Below are positions 54,752 through 64,000 of a stretch of DNA of 64,000 nucleotides, piece by piece. The stretch lies in the NCBI GenBank assembly GCA_963793265.1, contig CAWBZI010000005.1, forward strand, positions 192,001 through 256,000, in the 5' to 3' direction. Within the stretch, counting starts at the first letter, position 1. Each line of letters opens with the position of its first letter. This DNA comes from an uncultured cyanobacterium. GTDB lineage: Bacteria > Cyanobacteriota > Cyanobacteriia > Phormidesmidales > Phormidesmidaceae. The position numbers and the translations under genes were made by a program. The notes beneath the pieces were generated by a model. That model made no database searches. It saw only the letters and a program-made list of their open reading frames with translations, and was not told the origin of the DNA.

Positions 54752-54950
54752 TGTGGAAAACCCTGTGGAAAACTCTGCGGAAAGGCTGGACAAGAGTTCT
54801 GTTTGGGCCGTGATTGATAAGGCTTTTATAGTTTTAATTCCTGATGAAAAGTCTTACACCGAGAGGCTTACAGTGAATCTAGAGCAGCTCAGTGACAGTC
54901 CTGACTCACACAGGTCAATGCTTTTTCCACAGGTCAGAAAGTTTTCCCCA
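54752..54950. promoter_or_regulatory. Cluster of cyanobacterial-type DnaA boxes (TTTTCCACA)
   Basis: Perfect boxes at 54752-60, 54764-72 (TGTGGAAAA) and 54923-31 (TTTTCCACA). Near matches at 54776-84, 54842-50 and 54942-50. Confidence 0.7.
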
Positions 54951-55033
54951 GTTTTTAGCCGAGGCAGTGATTCCACCAGTTCAGAAAGCTGTCAGTCAGT
55001 GACCTGAGACACAGCCAAGTGTCTTCTGTCTGG

Positions 55034-58000
55034 CTACAGCGCGAATATCTGTTTTAGTAGGCCGCCTTTGCCTGCTTTTCCGGTCACTAGCTGGTGCATC
55101 AGCTCATATTGCCACTGATACAAAGCGCTTTGTGAATGGGTAGCAAGGCTGCGAAGCTTACTAATTTGGTCGAGGCTAGAGGCTGCCTGACGACCTTTTC
55201 GGCTGAAGCATTTACTCATAGAATGCTCCCATTGGTCAAAAAACTGAGTTAGCAAGGCCCGATCCGCTTCTGAAACTTGCCCATTCGCCTTCACTTTCAC
55301 AACACTCACGCTTGAGTTGGCGAGCGTTGGCGTCGCGTCTGATGATGAAAACTGCTTTGCTAGCTGTTCGGATGAGAAGGAGCGCCACTGGTCGGCTAGT
55401 AGCGGTGGCAGCATGTCTAAGCTGTACGGCTGATGGTCGATTAAGGGTATGCCGCCGATAGTCGTGATGCCTCGACCGCGCAAAAAGACGCTGAGATCTT
55501 TTATGAAGGGTGTGAGGGCTTCGCGCACGATGACTGAGCTGAGGCGATCGCCCGCTTCCGAATAATCCACGATATGAGCATCTGGCCCACTTGTATGGCT
55601 CGTTCGATAGTGGTTATAAGCAGCTTGCAAATCTTTTTGACTATCGGGCTGTAGGCAAGACCAAACGCCATCGCCTACGTCAGCTCGGACTGCGGCTTTT
55701 AGTGCCACATCATCAGAAACAGCCTTTGTCTGCACCTGCATTTGCTCTATATGGGCTTCTTTGCCCTGAATTGTATCTTCTTGAGCCGCTAGCTCAGTTT
55801 TTAAGGTGGCAAACGCCTGCTGCTTTTCGACAGAAAGCTGCGCAATCTTTTCTTCTAGCAGCTCAATTTGCGCCTTCATCATGACGATCTGCGCGTCCTT
55901 TTCTTCTAGCAGCTCATCTTTTTTAATCAATAGCTGCGTTTTTTGCTTTACTTCCAAGGCGCTCAGTCCAGCGCGAATGAGATTGAAGTATTTTGCATTG
56001 GTAATATCTACTGGCGTAGGCGGTTGCTCTGGTAAGTACAAAAAGCCCTGGCGATCGCTCATCTGCACCAATAGCAAATGGCCTTCATTATTTTGAATAC
56101 TCAGCCGTTGCTCGCCGCTTTCTCTTTCTAGCATTCCTTCGTAGCGCCGACTGCTGTGATAAAACTCTACGCGCAATGAATCTTCTTCAATAAGATACGG
56201 AGGAATAGGCGTTGCTACGTCAGCGCGATCTGTTGGAGAACGTTTGAGAGAAGACTTCGCTTGCAATGAAGAAGATTCATCGAGAGATGCTTTGTTCTCT
56301 AACTCTTTTTGAAGATTAAGCGCGATTTCTTTGGCGACTTTCGCGGGCGTGCTGATAGTCTCCGTAGCCGTCTTTTGAGCTAGATCGGCTGTTTTCTCTT
56401 TAGCTATCTTCGCGATATCTAAAGTGTCTACTGCGTTTGCCGACCAGGGACGAATGCCATCATCTGGTTGCTCATTGACTTGCGCCGCGCGAACGCCAAC
56501 TAGCTCCAGCTCTACATTGCTTTGGCCGCGCCACTCGTTGAGTCGGAGCTTATAGGCAATGTCAAGATCTCTGGGGAGCGGATAGTATTGCCCCCATCGC
56601 CAGGCGATCGCCTTCATCACCACCGGCTCTGCTTCTCCCTCAGCCAAATGCTTTAGCGTCAGCTTCAAGTGACTGTTGGTTTTACCAATCACTTTTTGCT
56701 CAACCACTGTCGCATTTGCCGTCCAAAACACCGGGTCAGGGTTTTCGATACCACAGGGATGAATGCGATCAATTTGCGAATATAGCTCTAGATTGGCATC
56801 AGCAAGTTCAGCTTCAACATCAGCAGTCACCAGTGGCTTAAGATGTTCAGGCTGAAGATGCTTGCAGGCAAAGTTTTTAAGCCGCGCTTTTACCTGTCGC
56901 AGCTTATTTACATCAAAAGAAAAGCCACCTGCCGCCCGATGTCCGCCATATCTATCTAGCAAATCGTCGCAAAACTGCAGCGCTTCAAACACATTGAATT
57001 CAGGAATGCTGCGAGCCGATCCTCGAATTTCCTTTTGAGCTTTATCTTCGTAGGTGCCAATAAAAACCGGCACGCCATACCGCTCTACCAGGCGAGAAGC
57101 CACAATGCCAATCACGCCATGGTGCCACTCCGGCTGAACCACCACCAGCACTCGCTCTTGGCTCAGCTCAAGCAAGCCTTGCGCCTGCTGATCTTCAACC
57201 CAGTCCACAGCCTGCGCTTCAATAACTTCGCACATTTGGCGACGCAGCTTATTAGCTTCTTCGCACTGCATTGCCCGCTGCAAGGCCACGCCAATATCGT
57301 CCGTTGTCAGCAGATCAATCACAATTTGCGGATCGGCAATCCGGCCTACAGCGTTAATCCGAGGCCCTAGTCGAAACCCAATCGCCTCAGGCTTTAGCGC
57401 ACTATCTTCGCTCAGGCCCGCGACTTCAATCAGCGCCTGCACACCCGGAATCTGAGATTTGGGCAGCAGCTTCAGGCCGCGCTTTACCCAGCGCCGATTC
57501 ACGCCTGTAAGCGGAGCCAAATCGGCAATGGTGCCCAGCGTGAAGAGGGCGAGCAAAGTTGCCGTCAGGTCTTGCATTTTGTCTAGGCGCTGAGCCAGAC
57601 ACACGGCCAAAATGTAAGCGACGCCGACACCTGCAACCCCTCTGTAGGGAGAGTCTTCTCGAATGAGCTTGGGGTTGAGAATGGCGTTGGCGGGCGGGAT
57701 TCTTTGAGGGACTTCGTGGTGGTCGGTGAGGATGACGGTGAGGCCGAGTTCGCGGGCACGGGCGACGGGATCGTAGGCGGCGATGCCGTTGTCAACGGTG
57801 AGGATGATGGAGCCGCCGCTGGCGTGGAATTCTTCGACGATGCGTGTGTTGATGCCATAGCCTTCGTCCATTCTGCTGGGGATGGCGTAGTCTACCTGGC
57901 CTTTGAGGTAGCGTAGGCTGCGCATGAGCAAAGCTGTGCTGGTCATGCCGTCGGCGTCGTAGTCGCCGCAGATGAGTATTTTTCTTTGGGCTGCGATCGC

Positions 58001-58270
58001 CTCCACCAGCAAATCCAGAGTTTTGTGGAGATCTGGGAACTCGTCTAGTGGGGAAGGCAACAGCAGCGTTTCAGGGTCTAGAAATTCCCAGGCTTGTTCA
58101 GGGGTGTAGATACCTCGGTTGATCAAGACCTGGGAGAGTAGCGGAGAAAGGGCGGTGGCCTGAGAAATTTGCTGGGCCTGGGCCTTTTGCGCAGGAAAAA
58201 TTTGCCACCGTTGAGGCGGGATCTGTCGTTTGGTGGGCCGTTCAGTTTTGGGGACGGGCTTGTCGGGCAC
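55034..58270 (-). CDS. recJ: Single-stranded-DNA exonuclease RecJ with long C-terminal extension
   Basis: GDYDADG, TVDNG, TDHH, GTIAD, GPRINA, RGSAR, GGH..AGG and an OB fold in roughly the first 595 aa. Confidence 0.95.
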   Translation of the reverse strand: MPDKPVPKTERPTKRQIPPQRWQIFPAQKAQAQQISQATALSPLLSQVLINRGIYTPEQAWEFLDPETLLLPSPLDEFPDLHKTLDLLVEAIAAQRKILICGDYDADGMTSTALLMRSLRYLKGQVDYAIPSRMDEGYGINTRIVEEFHASGGSIILTVDNGIAAYDPVARARELGLTVILTDHHEVPQRIPPANAILNPKLIREDSPYRGVAGVGVAYILAVCLAQRLDKMQDLTATLLALFTLGTIADLAPLTGVNRRWVKRGLKLLPKSQIPGVQALIEVAGLSEDSALKPEAIGFRLGPRINAVGRIADPQIVIDLLTTDDIGVALQRAMQCEEANKLRRQMCEVIEAQAVDWVEDQQAQGLLELSQERVLVVVQPEWHHGVIGIVASRLVERYGVPVFIGTYEDKAQKEIRGSARSIPEFNVFEALQFCDDLLDRYGGHRAAGGFSFDVNKLRQVKARLKNFACKHLQPEHLKPLVTADVEAELADANLELYSQIDRIHPCGIENPDPVFWTANATVVEQKVIGKTNSHLKLTLKHLAEGEAEPVVMKAIAWRWGQYYPLPRDLDIAYKLRLNEWRGQSNVELELVGVRAAQVNEQPDDGIRPWSANAVDTLDIAKIAKEKTADLAQKTATETISTPAKVAKEIALNLQKELENKASLDESSSLQAKSSLKRSPTDRADVATPIPPYLIEEDSLRVEFYHSSRRYEGMLERESGEQRLSIQNNEGHLLLVQMSDRQGFLYLPEQPPTPVDITNAKYFNLIRAGLSALEVKQKTQLLIKKDELLEEKDAQIVMMKAQIELLEEKIAQLSVEKQQAFATLKTELAAQEDTIQGKEAHIEQMQVQTKAVSDDVALKAAVRADVGDGVWSCLQPDSQKDLQAAYNHYRTSHTSGPDAHIVDYSEAGDRLSSVIVREALTPFIKDLSVFLRGRGITTIGGIPLIDHQPYSLDMLPPLLADQWRSFSSEQLAKQFSSSDATPTLANSSVSVVKVKANGQVSEADRALLTQFFDQWEHSMSKCFSRKGRQAASSLDQISKLRSLATHSQSALYQWQYELMHQLVTGKAGKGGLLKQIFAL

Positions 58271-58442
58271 GGCGGATTAATCGCTAGCTCAAAGCACTAT
58301 AGCGCTGACCCAAGCTTTTAGAACATCCGGCAGACCCTACTTTCGTTTACACAAAAGAGTTAGGGACTGCTGCTGATGTTCTACCAAGCTTCAAGTCAGC
58401 GCTAGTAGTTCGTTTGACCTAATGATAGTAGATGTCGCCCGA

Positions 58443-58913
58443 TTAATACACCAGTACTCGTCCATCGTTTGAAACATGTACAGCCCGGTCGCTATCAAAG
58501 CCGCTTGGCAGTAGCTCAACCTGCAATGTCTCTGCATCAGGACGATGAAGCACCGCGTTCACAGACCTATTGTTCTCATCCCAGAACACCATGGACATAT
58601 CGTCATCAGCACCTACTAGCGTGCTGATCGTAAAGTCACTATCGGGGCGCAGCCAGTGCATGTCAATATCAAGCACCCGCTCTAGATTGACTAAACCGTT
58701 GGTGTTGTTGATGAATTTAATATTGATGGGCTGACCAGGGACGAATCGGATTTGGTTGGATTCGCACTGGTAGGTGCAGGGCTCAGCTTCGGCAGTATTA
58801 GCGGTGCCTAATGTAAGCGTAAGGGGAAGGACAGTAAAGGCGATCGCTCTGACGTACTGAGACAGCTTTTCTCGCGAAAACCAACCGAAAAACTGTTGAG
58901 AGGCGTTAGTCAT
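58443..58913 (-). CDS. Hypothetical exported protein
   Basis: Signal-like segment ending AEA, then C..C..IRF.PGQ. Confidence 0.7.
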   Translation of the reverse strand: MTNASQQFFGWFSREKLSQYVRAIAFTVLPLTLTLGTANTAEAEPCTYQCESNQIRFVPGQPINIKFINNTNGLVNLERVLDIDMHWLRPDSDFTISTLVGADDDMSMVFWDENNRSVNAVLHRPDAETLQVELLPSGFDSDRAVHVSNDGRVLVY

Positions 58914-58997
58914 GAAGGAGTTTCCTTGGCCTTAGCGGCTGGCTCATCTGCTTACAGTTTGCCCGTCGTATAAGCAGATGGCCGTCCGTTAATGTGC

Positions 58998-61799
58998 CTA
59001 TATTCTCGACGTTTTGCGGGTAGGGCGTTTGCGCTTGAGGAAGATGAGAGCGATCGCACCTACTGCAATACTCAACACCTGACCCGGCTCAGGCACAGAC
59101 GCCGCCAGTGGATTACCCGGATTAGTCAAGTCGTCTTGACCGTCTTCAACTTCTCGATTGAATCTATCCTCACCAGCTTCAGCCGCTTTTAACAGCTCTC
59201 TTTGTCGTTCGTCTACGAGCACCAGCATAGAGGAGTAAGGCGTGACAATGCCTGTCCGTTTGGCGATAGCATGCACCGCATCTAGAGCAGAAACTTGAGT
59301 CGTATCGAGCGTGCGGCTTTGTTGGTAGATGAGCTGACGAGCAGCAATCGCTTCCAAAGGCTTCTGTTCCTCATTCTTCCGAGGTTCCGTAGTCTGTTCT
59401 TCTTTTGTATCAGACTTAATCTTCCAGGTATAGCCATCCAATGCAATTTCATCTTTCGAGGCGATCGCAATTCTCTGTAAAGTCGAAGTCACCGATGTAT
59501 CTACACCACCCTGACTCGCCTGCAACTTTTGCAGCAGTCCATCCTCATACGCTGACGGCACTTGCCCGCCAACGTGCACCATCCACAGCGGCGCACCTAT
59601 GTCGGGCAGCTCCGCTTCACTTTTAGCCAGCTCATAAGAGCCTTCATCTGTGAGTAGTAAAATCGCATCATAGGATTTGTTCTCTCGCAGCGTCGCAAAC
59701 TGTTGCAGCATTTCTGCTGGCTGCAAGCTACCGTAAAATGAAATATCCTGTATGTCTATTATCTGAGTCGCTAGGGCTGCGGGTTGATTGAAGGCTGTGA
59801 GGTAGAAGTCCAGCGTGTTTTTGTTTGCGATCGCACCCAGTTCATCAACAGCCTGCTTCAGCCCCTCTGAATGCTCGCCCATGCTATAGGAGCTATCGAT
59901 AATGACCGCTAGTTTTTGGTCGGTAAGCAGTGTCTTGTCTTGTTTTGTAATTGGCTCTGCTGTGACGTTATAGCCCTCAGCTAGCTTAACCGTATGCGCT
60001 TTTGGCTGAGCCTTTTTAGCAGGTAAAGCTGCTTCAAACCATTCTACTTCAGTCAGAGAAACCCTCTTTTTTCCTCTAGTATGAGCCGTCTCATCCGTCC
60101 AAAAGATATTGCGTTTTTCAGTAAGCTGAGGCAGCGGCCACCCACCGTTTTGCTGCATCACTTGATAGGTCATTACTAAATGCAGTTTGCCGGGCGTACG
60201 TCTGGTTGTTCTATCAGGTGCATCTGCAGACAGTGCTGCCGCTGGAATCGGAAACACGCGCAGGCGATACTGTCTTGGCCCCACTTGCTCTAGCAGCGCC
60301 GGGTCAGTCGCCGCCTGAAACTTGGCGCGCTCCACTTCACCGTTGTACACCTGCTGCGCTGCGCCCCGAGGCGATACCACAAAAGGAAACAGGTTTATGT
60401 TGTCATCATCACCTAGCCACAGCCCTGTAATAGCTGCGCTTTCAGGCAGTGAAAAGGAATAAAAGATCTCCTGGTCTTCAGTCGTGGGATTCTCGTACTC
60501 TTCATGAATTTCTACTGTCGCCCAGTCGCCTCGTTCAGTCACCGAGACATTTTGACTAGCTAAACGAACAACCTTTTGATCTAGATTCAGCAGTCCTGCT
60601 TTAGTTTCGTCGCGGTTGGCTGTCGCTCGCAGCGCCTCACGAATAGCCGGGCGCTCTGCCTTTTGGATGGGCACATCAAAAAACTGTGCGTAGAGTTCGG
60701 CAGATCTTTCTACGTCGCGGTCTGCACCTTTGTACAAAAAGGGTGAGAGCAGTCCGTTATGGATGTTTTGAAAGAACCATGCGCTGCTTGCGGGCATGTT
60801 GAAAGCGTTGTCGTAAAGCTCTACGAGCGCGGCGCTTCGTGACCATGGGCTCAAGTAGCGATAGCGGTGTAAGTAGGCGTTTGTGAGTCCGGCTTTGATC
60901 ACGTCTGCATTTTGTAGCTGCTGCTGGCGATCACCTGTCAATGCTACCGGCTCATTTCCCGCTACAAATTCAACGCTGCCCGCCTCAGTCAACATCCTAA
61001 AAGCGTCTACCTGAGGCTGCTGGTTCTGCAAGCTGATAAACAACAACGTGCTGATAGCAACTGTAGAACCCGTCACTATCCAGCTCTTTGACTGGCTGTA
61101 TTGGCTACCAAAGGCCGTGCGAATTCTAGCCCAGGCTCGCACATAAAAGTTGACTAGCATGTAAGGCATAGACACGAAAACCAACAGGGTTATACCCGAT
61201 AAAAACCCCATTATCCATACAAGTGGATGCACTATCATCAAGATATTACTGATCCATCTAAAGCTAAAGAGTTCAGCCGCTAGCGCCCGCCCAGAAATGA
61301 ATACAACCGGTAGCGTGTAGAGCAGTAAGAGTGACCCAGCATACAGACCCGCTAGCAATATGATGCTGTGGCCGAGCATTTGCGCCATTGCCAGGCGCGG
61401 GCGATAGGCTGAGTAGCCTGTAAGAAGCTCGATGGCAAAAATTGCGATCGCGACCACCCCCAGTCCCAACGTAAAACCGCTAGCCACCGTCAGCTCACGA
61501 ATCAGAAACATCCGCAGCAAGCACAGTGTAAACAGCGGTGCTTCTACGCCATAGAACAGTCGCATCAGCAGAATAGGATACCTGCGCAATCGCAAAGCAC
61601 CGCCCAGCGTGCACACCAATGGCACAATCATCAATGCCATAAAGCTCACGGTAAAAGTGGGATCTATGTCCCCACTGCGCGCCGCTTGCCATAAGTCAGA
61701 TCCAAACTCTGGCAAGAACCAAAGATACATCAGACCGATAAAGGTCAAATTCCAAACCCAGAACACTAGATGAGAGCAGATGTGAAGAAGTTTCTTCAT
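58998..61799 (-). CDS. PEP-CTERM integral membrane protein (TIGR02921-like; TM + VIT + vWA)
   Basis: Multiple N-terminal TMs, VIT-like EIFYSFSLPE..DPALLEQVGP, vWA IDSSYSM, C-terminal VPEPG-TM-KRKR. Confidence 0.85.
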   Translation of the reverse strand: MKKLLHICSHLVFWVWNLTFIGLMYLWFLPEFGSDLWQAARSGDIDPTFTVSFMALMIVPLVCTLGGALRLRRYPILLMRLFYGVEAPLFTLCLLRMFLIRELTVASGFTLGLGVVAIAIFAIELLTGYSAYRPRLAMAQMLGHSIILLAGLYAGSLLLLYTLPVVFISGRALAAELFSFRWISNILMIVHPLVWIMGFLSGITLLVFVSMPYMLVNFYVRAWARIRTAFGSQYSQSKSWIVTGSTVAISTLLFISLQNQQPQVDAFRMLTEAGSVEFVAGNEPVALTGDRQQQLQNADVIKAGLTNAYLHRYRYLSPWSRSAALVELYDNAFNMPASSAWFFQNIHNGLLSPFLYKGADRDVERSAELYAQFFDVPIQKAERPAIREALRATANRDETKAGLLNLDQKVVRLASQNVSVTERGDWATVEIHEEYENPTTEDQEIFYSFSLPESAAITGLWLGDDDNINLFPFVVSPRGAAQQVYNGEVERAKFQAATDPALLEQVGPRQYRLRVFPIPAAALSADAPDRTTRRTPGKLHLVMTYQVMQQNGGWPLPQLTEKRNIFWTDETAHTRGKKRVSLTEVEWFEAALPAKKAQPKAHTVKLAEGYNVTAEPITKQDKTLLTDQKLAVIIDSSYSMGEHSEGLKQAVDELGAIANKNTLDFYLTAFNQPAALATQIIDIQDISFYGSLQPAEMLQQFATLRENKSYDAILLLTDEGSYELAKSEAELPDIGAPLWMVHVGGQVPSAYEDGLLQKLQASQGGVDTSVTSTLQRIAIASKDEIALDGYTWKIKSDTKEEQTTEPRKNEEQKPLEAIAARQLIYQQSRTLDTTQVSALDAVHAIAKRTGIVTPYSSMLVLVDERQRELLKAAEAGEDRFNREVEDGQDDLTNPGNPLAASVPEPGQVLSIAVGAIALIFLKRKRPTRKTSRI

Positions 61800-62225
61800 A
61801 AGAGTTATAAGATAGGACTCAATGAAATAGAGAGCGGTTTGCGCGTAGATACGGTCACAGGCTAAGCATTAAGCCGTAGATTGTATAAGCTGAATGTGAC
61901 AACACAAAGAGAGTTAGGTTTTCCAGAAAAGGCTTTCGCTCTGTGTATCAATACGAACGTTAAGCATCAACGAGGGTGCGCTTCTTCACGTAGATAAAAG
62001 TTACGTAAAACGACTCAATTTACAGGCTCTTACTGTGAAGAAGTCTTGCGAAAAGGCTGTGGTCTAAACGATTCCTTTAAATTCCTGTCTTAATACGATG
62101 AACCTACCCACTACTAATAGTGATTTGGTAACTCGAACAGTGAACAATGATAGGGAGCTGTGTTCGACGTTAGAAGCGTCAGCGCTGAGCCTCCTATCAT
62201 AAAAACTATTAGAGTCACTGGTTCT

Positions 62226-63296
62226 ATGGCAGATGGTGTATATATCCTGGCTAACGATGTTGTCCTCGATCAACTAATTGCGTTAATTAACAGTATTGAA
62301 CGAAACATCAATAGCAACCTGCCGATTTGTGTCGTGCCTTACGACGACAATACGCAGCTCGCCAGAACCGCAACTCAACGCTACGAGCAGGTTCAGTGGT
62401 TTGATGACGAGGCACTTCTTAATAAGTGGGAAACGTTTGCAGCTCAAATTTGGCAGGCTCACCCCACCGCTTTTGACGTATGGGCTCAGCGGGGAGTTCA
62501 AGGCGTCAACCGAATGGGAATGCATCGGCGCTTTTGCTGCTTTGATGGCCCCTTTGATCGGTTCATCTATTTAGATGCTGATATTTTAGTGATGGATTCG
62601 CTCGACTTACTCTTCAATAGTTTAGGCGACAGCGATTTTGTTACCTACGACTTTCAGTACAAAGACCTCAGTCATGTCTTTGATGTGAATGCGTTTGGCC
62701 TAGCCGATGTGTTTGAGCGCGATCGCCTCGAAACCGAAATCTTTTGCGCCGGTCTGTATGCCTCTAAAAAAGGCATTTTTACAGACCAAATGCTGGCTGA
62801 ACTGCTGAGCCAACTACAGGCAGGCGATGCCGACATTCTGTACGCCAACGGCCCTGACCAGTCCATTTTGAACTACATGGTGATGAAATCAGGTATCAAG
62901 GCGACTAACCTCGCAAGAACCTTGCCCACCGAAAGTCGCACAGGCTGCTGCGTGACTTCGCCACACTTTGAAGAGCGCGATCGCGTTTTATTCGACAACC
63001 AAACGCGACTCATTTATCTTCACTACATCGGCGTCGGCTCACGATTCTTTAGCCGTCTGTGCGCGGGCGAGAATATTCTCTTTCCCTATCGAGACTTGTT
63101 TTTGCACTACCGCTACTTAAGCGAGCAATCTCAGCCTCAGCTTACAGGCCCTGCTATAGACTACATGCAGCCTGTGCTAACAACCCGTCAAAAAGTAGGC
63201 CGTAAGGTTCGTAGCGTCATGGCTGCTTTCAAAAAGCCAGCGGCGATTCCAGAGGTGCTAGCGCCTGAAGCATCGACAGTCCCTAAAAACGTCTAA
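62226..63296 (+). CDS. Npun_R2821/R2822-like putative glycosyltransferase
   Basis: GVYILAND.V.DQLIAL.NSIE, YLDAD (DxD), DQSILNYMV, YLHYIG. Confidence 0.75.
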   Translation: MADGVYILANDVVLDQLIALINSIERNINSNLPICVVPYDDNTQLARTATQRYEQVQWFDDEALLNKWETFAAQIWQAHPTAFDVWAQRGVQGVNRMGMHRRFCCFDGPFDRFIYLDADILVMDSLDLLFNSLGDSDFVTYDFQYKDLSHVFDVNAFGLADVFERDRLETEIFCAGLYASKKGIFTDQMLAELLSQLQAGDADILYANGPDQSILNYMVMKSGIKATNLARTLPTESRTGCCVTSPHFEERDRVLFDNQTRLIYLHYIGVGSRFFSRLCAGENILFPYRDLFLHYRYLSEQSQPQLTGPAIDYMQPVLTTRQKVGRKVRSVMAAFKKPAAIPEVLAPEASTVPKNV

Positions 63297-63318
63297 AGGT
63301 TCGCCACAGCCAGACAGG

Positions 63319-64000
63319 TTACCAGGGCAGACGACTGCCATCCCAAGAGAAAAACTCGCCGCTCTCTTGCGGAGTCACTTGCTCAAGCACCTCAATAAGC
63401 TGTGAGACTGTACGCTCGGTTGAGAATAGCTTTTCAGGCGGAACACCTCGCTGAAAGGGCTTAGAGAGCTGCGTATCAGTAGTGCCTGGATGCAGTGCGA
63501 CAACTGCAGTGGTTGGATTGCGGCGGCTATATTCAATTGCGGCTGTTTTTAAGAACATATTAAGGGCGGCCTTAGAGGCTCGGTAGCCGTACCAGCCGCC
63601 TAATCGGTTGTCTTCGATGCTGCCCACTTTTGCAGAGATTGTGGCAAAAATAGCTTGCTCCTTGTGCTTAAACAAGGGTTGGAGATGTTTGGCAAGCAGG
63701 GCCGGGCCAATGCTATTGACCTTGAAGTAGTTGAGCAAATTGTCGGTATTGAGCTGGCGCAGGGCTTTTTCGGGCTGCTGCTGCTCGTTGTGCAAGAGCC
63801 CTACGCAGTTGATAGCTAAGTGAAGCTGAGGGGCAGTTTGCTTAATTTCAACCAGGCCACTAGCGATCTGCGTCTCTTCTGTAATGTCCATGGCGATGCA
63901 GTGTAATCGCTGTGGATGCTGGGCGCTTAGCTCGAATAGCGCAGCGGCCGTTTGTTTTGAGCGGTAGGTGGCGAAAAGATGGGCGATCGCCTCGTTTTGT
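63319..64000 (-). CDS. SDR oxidoreductase, C-factor/CsgA-like (5' end outside window)
   Basis: SAKVGSI.DN.LGGWYGYRASKAALN; the frame stays open to the window edge (…HLFATYRSK…HCIAMDIT). Confidence 0.9.
   Translation of the reverse strand, partial: QNEAIAHLFATYRSKQTAAALFELSAQHPQRLHCIAMDITEETQIASGLVEIKQTAPQLHLAINCVGLLHNEQQQPEKALRQLNTDNLLNYFKVNSIGPALLAKHLQPLFKHKEQAIFATISAKVGSIEDNRLGGWYGYRASKAALNMFLKTAAIEYSRRNPTTAVVALHPGTTDTQLSKPFQRGVPPEKLFSTERTVSQLIEVLEQVTPQESGEFFSWDGSRLPW

Noticed and set aside
54593..55007. Three short ORFs in the recJ-TPR gap
   Set aside because: No recognisable motifs or RBS. The VENPVEN/CGKPCGK repeats are just translated DnaA boxes.
61990..62004. NtcA-like site GTA...TAC
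   Set aside because: Spacer is 9 nt rather than 8, so it is not supportable.

Overview
Core-chromosome segment of a cyanobacterium. Evidence: dense HIP1 GCGATCGC octamers, psbI, raf1 and a CpcS/U-type lyase. Housekeeping genes dominate: hemL, hisIE, ligA, truB, hemE, ruvB, tpiA, pnp, recR, rimP-nusA-ylxR-infB, moaC, lipA and recJ, plus tRNA-Ala(GGC) and tRNA-Arg(ACG). Small accessory pieces are interspersed: an MNT-HEPN pair, a hicBA pair, a second MNT-HEPN pair with a broken toxin, a Pepco-like gene and an AT-rich HIP1-free islet after recR. No CRISPR array, rRNA, transposase or integrase was seen. The most notable observations are: (1) a sharp G-rich to C-rich compositional flip centred on many HIP1 sites, regardless of coding strand; (2) a cluster of cyanobacterial-type DnaA boxes between recJ and a TPR gene, with no dnaA or dnaN in the window; (3) a 1078-aa RecJ whose long extension ends in a helical domain with an R-x4-H (HEPN-like) motif; (4) a probable HEPN-like protein in the islet; (5) an ATT start codon for recR. 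All family calls are from motif recognition by eye; no searches were run.
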